NCBI GenBank assembly: GCA_012839765.1
Contig: DUMW01000031.1
Span: forward strand, 11,829 to 75,828
Source of the DNA: Bacillota bacterium
GTDB taxonomy: Bacteria > Bacillota > Limnochordia > DUMW01
Length of the DNA: 64,000 nucleotides
Direction: 5' to 3'
The notes under the pieces were generated by a model. That model saw nothing but the letters and a program-made list of their open reading frames with translations. It was not told where the DNA came from and ran no database searches. Positions 9,492-18,732 of this stretch are shown one piece after another (position 1 is the stretch's first letter; each line of letters begins with the position of its first letter). Both the position numbers and the translations under genes were made by a program.

Positions 9492-10667
9492 TTAGGCCAG
9501 GGGTTCGGTGGTATAAAAATGGCCGTTTTTGTGGATTACCCCGTAGATCCGATACGCGATTTCCGCACAAAGGACCTTGCCCCCTTCGATGAAGAGACGA
9601 GGTATATGGGGAGGGATGGAGGTGAACCGCTGATAGATGGCCACTGGTTCCTGGATTTGCGCGGATACCCCAGGGGGAATCCGGATGGTGGCCATGCCCA
9701 TGGACGTCCGGCCCAGGAAGTGTGTGGGTTGTCCCTGGATGCGCACTAGTTGTCTTTCTTTGTGCAGGAGCTTCCGGCCCAGGGCCCCGAGGGAACTTTG
9801 AATATCCCCCGGCGGATCCAGCAAGAGTCCATCTCCATAGCCCAAAGGGATGGTGCCGATCTGCAGTGGGGCTGGCGCCCGGTAGGTGCTACCGTAGCCG
9901 AGGGTTTCGCCTTTGGCCAGCTCCTTCACTAAGACAAGATAGGTCTTTAGACACCAGGCCGTCTCCGTGGGTAAAGGGGCACACTGGCCGTAGAGGGCGT
10001 TGCCGAGGCGGCAAAGGTCTAACCTGCTTTCCGGCACTAGCACCGCGGCGGCACTGTTGGCCGCGTGGACCCAGGTGAAGGTGAAGCCATGTTTGTCTAA
10101 TTCCTCTACCGTCTTCAAGAAGCGGTCCAGCTGCCTTTTGGTTTGGGGGATGTTATGACTGGTGGGGAAGTGGGTGTAAATCCCTTCCCAAAGCAGACGC
10201 CTTTTCCTATCCAGGGCGCTCACCTGGCGGAGGAAAGCCAAGGCCTCCTCGGGTTTAATGCCACTTCGCCCCATGCCGATATCGATCTTTAGATGCACCC
10301 GGATCTTCCTTTTGTACTTCTCCCCTGCCCGAACTAGGGCCTCGGCCATGGGCAGGGTGCACAAAGTTTGGGTAAGGTCATACAAGGCCACCTGCTCCCC
10401 TTGGAAAGGGAAGCCGGGATGGAAGATGAGAATGGGACCGCGGATGCCACGACGCCGCAAGGTCCGGGCCTCTTCCAGGCTGTTTACTGCCAGGCCCCGG
10501 GCACCTAGGCGGAGAAAGAGCCGACTGGTTTGCACTAACCCGTGGCCATAGGCGTTGTTTTTCACCACGGCAAAGAAATCCGTTGGTATAGCCCTTCTTA
10601 CCTTGCTGAGGTTTTCTTTGAGTTTACCCGTATCGATTTCCACCCAAACCGGGGGTAAAGGATCCAT
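9492..10667 (-). CDS. alr: alanine racemase-family PLP enzyme (atypical)
   Basis: AVVKNNAYGHG (PLP Lys), KIDIGMGRSG, YTHF, HAANSA, GYG catalytic Tyr, IPLGYGDG; C-terminal motifs divergent. Confidence 0.85.
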   Translation of the reverse strand: MDPLPPVWVEIDTGKLKENLSKVRRAIPTDFFAVVKNNAYGHGLVQTSRLFLRLGARGLAVNSLEEARTLRRRGIRGPILIFHPGFPFQGEQVALYDLTQTLCTLPMAEALVRAGEKYKRKIRVHLKIDIGMGRSGIKPEEALAFLRQVSALDRKRRLLWEGIYTHFPTSHNIPQTKRQLDRFLKTVEELDKHGFTFTWVHAANSAAAVLVPESRLDLCRLGNALYGQCAPLPTETAWCLKTYLVLVKELAKGETLGYGSTYRAPAPLQIGTIPLGYGDGLLLDPPGDIQSSLGALGRKLLHKERQLVRIQGQPTHFLGRTSMGMATIRIPPGVSAQIQEPVAIYQRFTSIPPHIPRLFIEGGKVLCAEIAYRIYGVIHKNGHFYTTEPLA

Positions 10668-11746
10668 TAGCCACGACTCCCTAGAAGTTTCAGTTTTTCT
10701 TGGAGGGGGCCTTTAAGGAGGATCATTTGCCTTAGCAAGGGTTCACCTTTGTTATATAAACTCCAAAGAAGTTTGTTGTAGGGCAGATCCAGCTCCCCGA
10801 TGTATTCCACCAAGGTGGGGTTAAACCCCTCCTTGAACCGATACAGCCCATACAAGGGATGGTTGGGATCTAAATTGCCGCTTACCCCGCGAAAATCATA
10901 AACCTGGCACCCCCGTTGCTTGGCGTAGCGGATCATGGCCCACTGGATGGCGTAGTTGGGCTGCAGGTTCCTAAGCTCGTTGCTCGAGGCGCCGTATAGA
11001 TACCAGGCTTGGCTGCCAAAGACAAACAAGAGTGTGGCGGACAGTAATTGCCCTTGGTAGTAGGCCAAGAATAGCCGGGCCATGTTCCGGGGGACAAACA
11101 GATCCCACATCCGGGAAAAGTAACCGTAGTTGCGCACGGCAAATCCGTCCCGCTGGCAGGTTTCCAGAAGTAACGAATAGAATTTGGACAGATCCCTTTT
11201 GTCCGCGGAGCAGCGGACTTGGACTCCCTTCCGCTGGGCATAGCGGATGTTGTAACGGGTTTTGGACTTCATCTCCGCCAAAAGCTGTTCTTCGCTCTTG
11301 TCGATATTCAAGCGGAAGACGAATTTGGGCTGGACGTTCTCGAAGGCCTTGCCCTTGTTCACCGAGCGAAAACCGGCCTTGAGCAGATGTTTGTGGAACT
11401 GGAGGTTTTCCTTGGGGATGGGCGGATCGATCTTGAGGAAGATGGCCCGGTGTTCTTTGGCAATGGGGCGGATTTCCCCGAGCAGTGGTTCCAGATGCTT
11501 TGGATCCGCCAGGACGGGTCCGTGGGGTGCGTAGAAAAAACTCCGGCCCAAGGGGATCCCTCGTTTGAGAATGGAGACGGCCCCAAGGATCTCGTCCTTG
11601 TCCTCCAAGATTAAGCGCAGAGGTTCCCATCCGGTATAGGCCTTCAATTCACCCCACTCGTAGGATTGTAGAAAACTACCCTGTTGCCTTGCCAGAAAGC
11701 CATTAAACAGATCCCGCTCATTGTTATGTATTAGCCGCAGGTGCAT
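10667..11746 (-). CDS. FemX/FemAB/MurM-family aminoacyl-tRNA-dependent peptidoglycan bridge ligase
   Basis: FLQSYEWGELK, FYAPHGPV, IFLKIDP, KSKTRYNIRYAQRKGV, WYLYGAS, YDFRG, LYRFKEGF; stop overlaps the alr start (TAATG). Confidence 0.9.
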   Translation of the reverse strand: MHLRLIHNNERDLFNGFLARQQGSFLQSYEWGELKAYTGWEPLRLILEDKDEILGAVSILKRGIPLGRSFFYAPHGPVLADPKHLEPLLGEIRPIAKEHRAIFLKIDPPIPKENLQFHKHLLKAGFRSVNKGKAFENVQPKFVFRLNIDKSEEQLLAEMKSKTRYNIRYAQRKGVQVRCSADKRDLSKFYSLLLETCQRDGFAVRNYGYFSRMWDLFVPRNMARLFLAYYQGQLLSATLLFVFGSQAWYLYGASSNELRNLQPNYAIQWAMIRYAKQRGCQVYDFRGVSGNLDPNHPLYGLYRFKEGFNPTLVEYIGELDLPYNKLLWSLYNKGEPLLRQMILLKGPLQEKLKLLGSRG

Positions 11747-11860
11747 GCCGTCGCCCCCCTTGTGCTAATCAGTTTATGCAGTAACCGTGGGGATGTTCAT
11801 CGGCATAAAGCTACGTCCTGGGCAATATATTTTACAAAAAACATTAGCAGGTGATGCGGG

Positions 11861-13018
11861 GTGGCAAAAGAGGGACGTGCGGTTGTTTGGTGGGTGAGTT
11901 TGCTTTCGGTCTTGTCATTGCTTTCCGGTGTGACCTGCGCCGAGGAACTCCGCCTTGCCGCAGAGGCGGTGGCCTTGGTGGATGGGCAGACCGGCGTACT
12001 ACTTTACGGTAAAAACGCCTTTACCCGGCGGTCCATTGCCAGCCTCACCAAAGTGATGACCATCTTTCTGACCGCAGAAAACATCCAAGCGGGGAAGATC
12101 AAAATGGATGACGTGGTGGTGGCGGACGCCAAGGCCCAGTCCCTGGAGGGGACGGAACTGAAGGTGAAGCAGGGCCAGTCCTTCACTGTGGAAGAGCTTC
12201 TTTATGCTGCCGCCCTGATTTCCGCCAACGACGCTGCATATATGCTGGCGGTGCACCAAGCGGGTTCCGAGGCTGCCTTTGCCCAGCAGATGACGCAGCG
12301 AGCCAGGGAACTGGGCCTGGAGGATACCAACTTCACCGATGCCACGGGTCTTAACCCCAGCTGGGAAGGAAACTACTCCACCGCCTATGACTTGGCCCAA
12401 CTCTTTCGGGTGGCCATCCAAAATCCCATCTTCGCCCGGGTGGTGGGCACCGCCCGGTACCGAATCAATTCTCTGGGTCTGGAGATTACCAACTCCAATC
12501 CCCTCCTCGGGGAGTATCCGGGGAATGAGGGGGGGAAGACCGGTTTCACCACCCCCGCGGGGCACAGCCTCGTTACCTCGGCCACCATTGAGGGCTGGAG
12601 GCTGGTGGCGGTAGTCCTGGGAGGACCAAACCGGGAGGCCCGGCAGCAAGATACCAAAGAGCTTCTGAATTATGGGTTTGAAAACCTCCAGTTGGTGATC
12701 CGCAAAGGAGAAGTGGTGGGGACCGGTCCCCTTTCTGGTGGAGCCCGCAGCAAAGTGCAGCTGGTGGCCGGATCCGACTTCAAGGCCCATGTCCCACCAG
12801 GCTATGACGGACCACCCTTGGAAAGAAGGTTGGAGCTGGATTCCCCACCACCGGAGGCCCCCGTGGACCCGGGCCAGCCCTTCGGCCGCCTTGTCTTTTA
12901 CCGGGGGGAGGAAGAAGTGGGTTCCATCCCTGCGGTGGCTAAGCACGGGGTAGGGACGGCAAACGTGGTGACTAGAGTAATCAGTTGGTTTTTGGGCCTT
13001 TTCGGCCGCAGACCCTAG
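11861..13018 (+). CDS. D-alanyl-D-alanine carboxypeptidase (peptidase S11, DacF/DacA-like)
   Basis: SxxK (ASLTK), SxN (SAN), KTG (GKTGFT), C-terminal PBP5 domain, signal peptide. Confidence 0.92.
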   Translation: MAKEGRAVVWWVSLLSVLSLLSGVTCAEELRLAAEAVALVDGQTGVLLYGKNAFTRRSIASLTKVMTIFLTAENIQAGKIKMDDVVVADAKAQSLEGTELKVKQGQSFTVEELLYAAALISANDAAYMLAVHQAGSEAAFAQQMTQRARELGLEDTNFTDATGLNPSWEGNYSTAYDLAQLFRVAIQNPIFARVVGTARYRINSLGLEITNSNPLLGEYPGNEGGKTGFTTPAGHSLVTSATIEGWRLVAVVLGGPNREARQQDTKELLNYGFENLQLVIRKGEVVGTGPLSGGARSKVQLVAGSDFKAHVPPGYDGPPLERRLELDSPPPEAPVDPGQPFGRLVFYRGEEEVGSIPAVAKHGVGTANVVTRVISWFLGLFGRRP

Positions 13019-13033
13019 CGGGGAGGATTAGCC

Positions 13034-14986
13034 TTGTATTACGATGCCCTGTTGGTCAGCAGAAAACGAATTCTGTGGCTCTTTTGTGCTGTGGCTGTGT
13101 TCTTCGTGGTGGTGGTGCTGCGCCTGTTTTATGTGCAGGTTTTGCAGTACCAGTTCCTCCAGGGACAGGGACTGAAACAACGATTACGACCCATTCCTGT
13201 GGATGCAAAGCGGGGGACCATCTATGACCGTAACGGCTATGTATTGGCCACCACGATTAGTGCCTCGTCGGTCTACGCTATCCCAGTGGAGATCACAGAA
13301 CCGGAGAAGACTGCTCAGCTGTTGGCGGAAGTGCTGGACTTGGACTATGACTTTGTCTTGAAGCGGGTCACGGCCAACAGTGCCGCCGAGTGGATCAAAA
13401 AGCGGGTCACCGATGCGGAGGTGACCCTGGTGCGGAGTTTAGATCTGCCGGGCATTGGCATCGTGGAAAATCCCGTGCGGTATTACCCCGATGGGACCAT
13501 TGCCCCCCAGGTATTGGGGATCGTGGGCATCGATAACCAGGGCCTGGAGGGAATCGAGTTCCAGTACGACGCGATCTTGCGGGGGCGTCCGGGGGCTGTG
13601 TTGGTGGAACGGGATTCCATGGGCCGGGAGATTCCGCACGGTGTCCACACCTATGTTAAACCGGTGGACGGCTATGATATTTACCTGACCATCGATCGGA
13701 ACATCCAACTGATGGCCCAAAGGGAGATTGCCCGGGTTACCCAGGAAACCGGCTCGAAGCAGGGGTTGATCCTCGTGATGGATCCTGGAACCGGGGAGAT
13801 CCTGGCTACGGCCATTTATCCCTCTTTTGACGCGGCCAACTATGCGGACTATCCGGACAAATACCGGCGGAATGTGGCCATCACCGACAATTACGAGCCC
13901 GGTTCCACCTTCAAGGCGGTTACCGCCGCGGCGGCCTTAGACGCAGGGATCACCACCCTCCAAACCCGCTATTTCGACCCCGGTTTTATCCGCGTTTCCG
14001 GGTGGACGATCAAATGTTGGCACAGCGCCGGACACGGCTCCCAAAACTTCATTGAGACCCTGGAAAACTCCTGTAACCCCGTGTATGCCCGCCTGGGCAT
14101 GGAATTGGCGGAACTGAAGGAAGGACGCGGTTTTTATGAATACATCCGTGACTTTGGTTTCGGTGAGCCCTTGGGCGTAGACTTTCCCGGTGAGGCGGTG
14201 GGGATTTTGTATCCCCCCAGTCCCGATGTGCCCGCGGTCACCTGGGCCAACATCGGTTTTGGGCAGAGTATCAGCGTGACCCCCCTGCAGCTGTTGAATG
14301 CCATGAATGCCATCGCCAATGGCGGTAACCTGATGCGACCCTACTATGTAATGAGGATCGTGGATAAGGACGGGAATGTCATCGAGGAGAGGGAACCGGA
14401 GGTCATTCGTCAGCCGGTCTCGCGGGAGGCCGCGGAGCAAGCGGCCCTGATGCTCCGTTCCACTGTGGCCAATGGCACCGCCAGCGGTGCCGACATCCCT
14501 GGCTACCGGGTGGGGGGCAAGACGGGTACAGCCCAGGTGGCCGAAGGGGGAGTGTACAGCCGCTCCAAGGTGATTGCCTCCTTCTTTGGGATCGCACCGA
14601 TGGATGATCCCCAATTTGCGGCCCTTATTGTCCTTTGGGAGCCTACCGGTGCTTACTACGGCGGTGTGATTGCGGCACCGGCCTTTGGAATCTTCGCCCT
14701 GCCGATGCTGCGGTACTTGAACGTGGAACAGCGGCTGGAGGATAACGGTGAGGAAAGAACGGTGCAAGTGCCAAAGGTTGTCGGGCTACCATTGGCGGAG
14801 GCGGAACGATTGATCACCCAACAGGGACTGACCTACGGAATCATGGGGATCGGACCCGTGGTTACCTATCAGACTCCCTTACCCAACGTCTATGTGGCCC
14901 AAGGGGCTAAGGTCATCCTCTACACAGATCCCACCGAGCTGTTGGAAACGGGTCTGGTGGTACGGGATGGGCCTACACTCCATTGA
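13034..14986 (+). CDS. class B penicillin-binding transpeptidase (SpoVD/FtsI-like) with PASTA domain
   Basis: N-terminal TM, RGTIYDRNG, EPGSTFK, SCN, KTGTAQ, C-terminal VPKVVGLPLAEA PASTA; GGGAGG RBS before TTG. Confidence 0.92.
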   Translation: MYYDALLVSRKRILWLFCAVAVFFVVVVLRLFYVQVLQYQFLQGQGLKQRLRPIPVDAKRGTIYDRNGYVLATTISASSVYAIPVEITEPEKTAQLLAEVLDLDYDFVLKRVTANSAAEWIKKRVTDAEVTLVRSLDLPGIGIVENPVRYYPDGTIAPQVLGIVGIDNQGLEGIEFQYDAILRGRPGAVLVERDSMGREIPHGVHTYVKPVDGYDIYLTIDRNIQLMAQREIARVTQETGSKQGLILVMDPGTGEILATAIYPSFDAANYADYPDKYRRNVAITDNYEPGSTFKAVTAAAALDAGITTLQTRYFDPGFIRVSGWTIKCWHSAGHGSQNFIETLENSCNPVYARLGMELAELKEGRGFYEYIRDFGFGEPLGVDFPGEAVGILYPPSPDVPAVTWANIGFGQSISVTPLQLLNAMNAIANGGNLMRPYYVMRIVDKDGNVIEEREPEVIRQPVSREAAEQAALMLRSTVANGTASGADIPGYRVGGKTGTAQVAEGGVYSRSKVIASFFGIAPMDDPQFAALIVLWEPTGAYYGGVIAAPAFGIFALPMLRYLNVEQRLEDNGEERTVQVPKVVGLPLAEAERLITQQGLTYGIMGIGPVVTYQTPLPNVYVAQGAKVILYTDPTELLETGLVVRDGPTLH

Positions 14987-15117
14987 GCACCGTCCCGTTC
15001 TCAATTTGGTCCCCTGGGGGCTCTAGTTGGGGTTTACTACCGTTAAGAACCATCATCTCTTGGGAACGATGAAACAAAATTCCGCAAAAAATTAGGTGCC
15101 AGAAACGCGTTTGCCTA

Positions 15118-15146
15118 GCAGGGATGTGCTATATTTCCATAAGAAT
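15118..15146 (+). promoter_or_regulatory. sigmaH-like promoter candidate for secreted-protein block
   Basis: GCAGGGATG...AAGAAT resembles RNAGGAWWW-N11/12-RNNGAAT. Confidence 0.3.
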
Positions 15147-15323
15147 TAATATATAAGTCCAGGAGATGTATACAAGTGGTATGCAGGACTGATTACTGTG
15201 TCTTGATAGTTTTGGCCTGTGGGCCGCTGAGCACATACTTCTTTCGGGAGGTGGTAGATAAAGGAGGAAGCCCGATAGTCTTACCAAGGAACGATTAACA
15301 GATTCAAATCAGGAGGAGAAGCG

Positions 15324-15884
15324 ATGCGAAGGCTCTTTGTTCCAATTCTGATTGTGCTGGCAATCGTGAGTGTATCAGTGTGTGGTTTTGCCAAGGAAGT
15401 GGACCTGTTTACCCTGCTGACCGGGGACTGGGAAGCCCTTCCCCACTGGATTTCTGCAAACTGTACCGCGGCCACGGACTATGTTGTGGACCTGGTGCCC
15501 GCCCCCGAAGAGGTCTCCCCCTGGGGGATGGCCTGGCGGTTCCAGGTAAACCAGCCCAATACGGCGATGAAGTGGAGTACCCCCGTATCTCTGCTCACCG
15601 GGGAAACCCCCTATTTGGTGGTGACCTACCGGGCGGTGGGGATTGACACGGCGGATTCCGGTGTCGCCGGTGACGATTGGTTCGTATTCTTTTACGGTGC
15701 CGAGTTTTCACCGATGATCGGCTTTCTGTATGAGCTGGAGTCCGACGGTGAATGGCATACCATCGTGTTCTCTGTGCCAGAGATTACCATGTGGTACCTA
15801 GACTTCCACGTCAAAGCTGCCGATGTGGAGGAGGCTTTTATCGAGATTGCGGATCTCCGTTTGGTATCCGAGATCGAAGAGTAA
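15324..15884 (+). CDS. secreted acidic hypothetical protein (possible beta-sandwich/CBM-like fold)
   Basis: Signal peptide, AGGAGG RBS, beta-strand patterning with aromatics, ends IEIADLRLV. Confidence 0.65.
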   Translation: MRRLFVPILIVLAIVSVSVCGFAKEVDLFTLLTGDWEALPHWISANCTAATDYVVDLVPAPEEVSPWGMAWRFQVNQPNTAMKWSTPVSLLTGETPYLVVTYRAVGIDTADSGVAGDDWFVFFYGAEFSPMIGFLYELESDGEWHTIVFSVPEITMWYLDFHVKAADVEEAFIEIADLRLVSEIEE

Positions 15885-15962
15885 GGCACGAATCTACCAA
15901 AGGGCACGTTTTGCCCTTTGCAGCTCAATCCAACCAAAATCCATGATGGAGGTTAGAAAGCG

Positions 15963-17234
15963 ATGTCAAATTGGAAGTTTAAGGTTCTTGTTCTGGTTGT
16001 CTTGGCGATGATTCTGTTGCCGTTGGTTGGCACTGCAAAGACTATCCTGCGGGTGCAAGACTGGAAGATTAACGAAACGGAAGATACCAGACGCTGGTAC
16101 GAGGAGGCAAAGCGGCTCTTTGAGGAAAGGTATCCCGATGTAGAGATCCAGTATGATGGGATTGGTTTTGGGAACGAATACGTGGAGAAACTCTACATCA
16201 CCACCGCCACCGATACCGCCCCGGATGTGGCCTTTGTTTCGGTGGCCTGGGCCCGGGATCTCTTTGAGGCCGGCGCTTTGCTGCCCTTGAACGACTACGT
16301 CGCGAAGTCGCCTCACGTGGCGCCGGATCAATTCATTCCCACCACCCAAATCTACAACCAGAAGGACGGCATCATCTACGGGATTACCTTTGCTTTGGAT
16401 GCAGACTTCATCGTTTACAACATGAACCATTTCGATGAGATGGGTCTGAGCACCGATCCATACGCCATGGCAACCTGGGAGGATTTCATCAACTTTGGTC
16501 GGAAACTGATGGTGTATGACGCCAATGGCAATCCCACCCGTTACGGTTTTGACTTCCTCCCCGGTACTACCGCATTTAGTGCGTTCCTGGATTCCAACGG
16601 TGGCAGCTTCTACAATTCCGACTTCACCGGGCTCAATATTGATACTCCCCAGGGGCAGGAAGTCTTGCAGCTGTTCTACGACATCCGCCTAGAGTACGGC
16701 TTTGCGTCGGATAGCTATACCGCTGCTTGTAACTTCTTGGCCAATACCGCGTCCATGGGGATGGGTGGAATCTACCACTCCTACTGGGCGCCCCATTACG
16801 TGCCGGGCATTCGGTTGGGCTTCACCACTGTTCCGGTGGGTCCCTCGGGAGACAAGCGGGGTGCGGTGGTGTACGGTAATATGTATTCCATCAGCTCCGC
16901 CAGCAAGAACCCGGATCTGGCCTGGAAGTTCATCGAGTTCATGACAAGCCTTGAGGCTGCGGAGCTGCATTACCGGATCACTGGTACCGTGCAGTCCCCG
17001 CGGTTGGACTTCTATCAGAGTGATCTGTGGGTGTCCACCATCCACGAGGCCCAGTGGCGGCAGATGATCCCCTACATCGGTATGACCACTGGTATCTGGC
17101 CCTTCGTAGGCTACGACCGCATCAACCAGGTATGGGGTCCCTTGATCTCGGATCCTCTGTCCGGCAAGGCACCTTTGAGCACCAATGCCCTCAGCGAGGT
17201 GCAGCGGCTGGTTAACCAGTACCTTGCCCAGTAA
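15963..17234 (+). CDS. ABC transporter substrate-binding protein, carbohydrate type
   Basis: FEERYPDVEIQ, TAPDVAFV, LLPLNDY, IYGITF, VYNMNHF, ATWEDF, SKNPDLAWKFIEFM; signal peptide without lipobox Cys. Confidence 0.88.
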   Translation: MSNWKFKVLVLVVLAMILLPLVGTAKTILRVQDWKINETEDTRRWYEEAKRLFEERYPDVEIQYDGIGFGNEYVEKLYITTATDTAPDVAFVSVAWARDLFEAGALLPLNDYVAKSPHVAPDQFIPTTQIYNQKDGIIYGITFALDADFIVYNMNHFDEMGLSTDPYAMATWEDFINFGRKLMVYDANGNPTRYGFDFLPGTTAFSAFLDSNGGSFYNSDFTGLNIDTPQGQEVLQLFYDIRLEYGFASDSYTAACNFLANTASMGMGGIYHSYWAPHYVPGIRLGFTTVPVGPSGDKRGAVVYGNMYSISSASKNPDLAWKFIEFMTSLEAAELHYRITGTVQSPRLDFYQSDLWVSTIHEAQWRQMIPYIGMTTGIWPFVGYDRINQVWGPLISDPLSGKAPLSTNALSEVQRLVNQYLAQ

Positions 17235-17260
17235 CAAGGGACCTTTGGTCCATAAACGTA

Positions 17261-17294
17261 GATGGGATGGTCGCGGACCGTCCCATCTTTCTTT
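17261..17294 (+). terminator. intrinsic terminator after SBP gene
   Basis: GATGGGATGGTC-gcg-GACCGTCCCATC followed by TTTCTTT. Confidence 0.65.
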
Positions 17295-17315
17295 ACGTCC
17301 GGTAGGAGGGATCCT

Positions 17316-18707
17316 ATGGCTAGAAGACATGTAAGGTGGTTGGTTCTATTCATGTTACTGTTTTCCAGTATTGCCTTAGCGCAAGAAACCAGTGAAGTTG
17401 TCCCCAGTATCTATTTGGATCAAAGCAGGGAGTTCCTCTTTCGGGTGTCCTGGGATTGGCCCCGGGGTCTGCGGAGCCAATACCGAGTGACGGTGGGCGA
17501 GCAGACCTTGTCTTTGGAGCTTTTGGCCGATTACGATATCCTCATCCTCCCCGCCTCCTCCGGGACGGTGGAATATTCACCAGAGGAGATCGAGGCCATC
17601 AAGGACTACTTGGAGGCGGGGGGTGGCGTGTTGCTCTGCAATCCTGGATACACCCCCAGTACCCCGGCCACTAAGCTGTTGATGAACTTGGGCCTTCTCA
17701 CCTTGCGGTTTAGCATTAACAAAGCCACCGGCGAACTGCGCACCCCCGCGGGGGAACCCCTAGGAGTAGAAGCCTGGGGCGGAAACACCATTAACATCCT
17801 GGCCAACCGTATGCCCGAAGGCTTTTCGGTGGGGGTCGTGGATGCCCAGGATCGTCCGGTCTTGCTCACCGGAACCCTTGGCCAGGGGCGGTTTGCTATG
17901 GTCAGTGATGATGCGGTGCTTTTCATCAACAACGGTCGGGAGCTTACTCCTGGGGGAGTGGAGCTTTTGCAGTGGCTGGGGGAAAACCGCATCGGGAAAA
18001 ACCAAGGTTACGTGGCCCAGCGTCTGTATCCGGAATTGACCCTGACCCATGGGGAGATCACAGTCCATTACTCCCAGGTGCTTAAGGACTATGTAGAGCT
18101 CATCATCGAACATGCCGACGAGATTTTCGAGTTTCTTGAGGACTACCATGGTCATGCCCTTTCACAGATGCGGGTGGTCCTTCTGGCCTGTGCCGGCAGT
18201 GGCTATGCTGCCGGAGGCGAAGTGGGAATCGGCGTCTTGGGAGAGCGGGCCAATGTGATCGAAGTAATGGGTCATGAATTGACCCATGAATGGGTGCGGC
18301 CGGCTATTCTACCCTCCACCATGAACGAAGCCTGGGCAATTATCATGGGGCTGCGGGTAACAAACCTGGTGGGGTTTGCGGAGCACTATGAGGAGGAAAT
18401 GGCCCGATTGAAGAACGCGTACGAGAACGCCAAGACGTTGGGGGTCAACATGGACCTGCGTCTGACGAAGGAAGAAACGGGGGATCATTGGTTCGGTTTC
18501 ATCGGCAAAGTGTTGCAGCTGGTGGAAACTGCGGAAGCCATGTACGGTGACCATTTCTCCCGGGATTTCTTCACTTTGGCCATCCAACGGATCCAAGAGG
18601 GTAAAGCCCACAGTCCCTTGACTATTCGGGATATTGCCAATGTGGCCGGAGAGGTCCTGAATATGGATCCGGAAGTGATTTACGAGAGGTTGCAGGGCGG
18701 GCATTAG
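17316..18707 (+). CDS. secreted protein: class I GATase-like domain plus gluzincin-type metallopeptidase domain
   Basis: Signal peptide; YDILILP...IKDYLEAGGGVLL; GHELTHEW followed by NEAWA; start ATG 17316 after AGGAGGG. Confidence 0.65.
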   Translation: MARRHVRWLVLFMLLFSSIALAQETSEVVPSIYLDQSREFLFRVSWDWPRGLRSQYRVTVGEQTLSLELLADYDILILPASSGTVEYSPEEIEAIKDYLEAGGGVLLCNPGYTPSTPATKLLMNLGLLTLRFSINKATGELRTPAGEPLGVEAWGGNTINILANRMPEGFSVGVVDAQDRPVLLTGTLGQGRFAMVSDDAVLFINNGRELTPGGVELLQWLGENRIGKNQGYVAQRLYPELTLTHGEITVHYSQVLKDYVELIIEHADEIFEFLEDYHGHALSQMRVVLLACAGSGYAAGGEVGIGVLGERANVIEVMGHELTHEWVRPAILPSTMNEAWAIIMGLRVTNLVGFAEHYEEEMARLKNAYENAKTLGVNMDLRLTKEETGDHWFGFIGKVLQLVETAEAMYGDHFSRDFFTLAIQRIQEGKAHSPLTIRDIANVAGEVLNMDPEVIYERLQGGH

Positions 18708-18732
18708 GCCCTGCGAAACGGGGGTTTGAGTT

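Noticed and set aside
11803-11830. sigF/sigG promoter for the dacF-like gene (GCATA…GGCAATATA)
   Set aside because: Spacing (13 bp to GG) and the -10 match are off consensus.
11999-12946. 315-aa minus-strand ORF (likewise 13937-14767, 26629-27438, 52394-53095, 54975-55715, 59468-60442 and many shorter ones)
   Set aside because: Antisense shadows of well-supported genes in GC-rich coding DNA, with no motifs.
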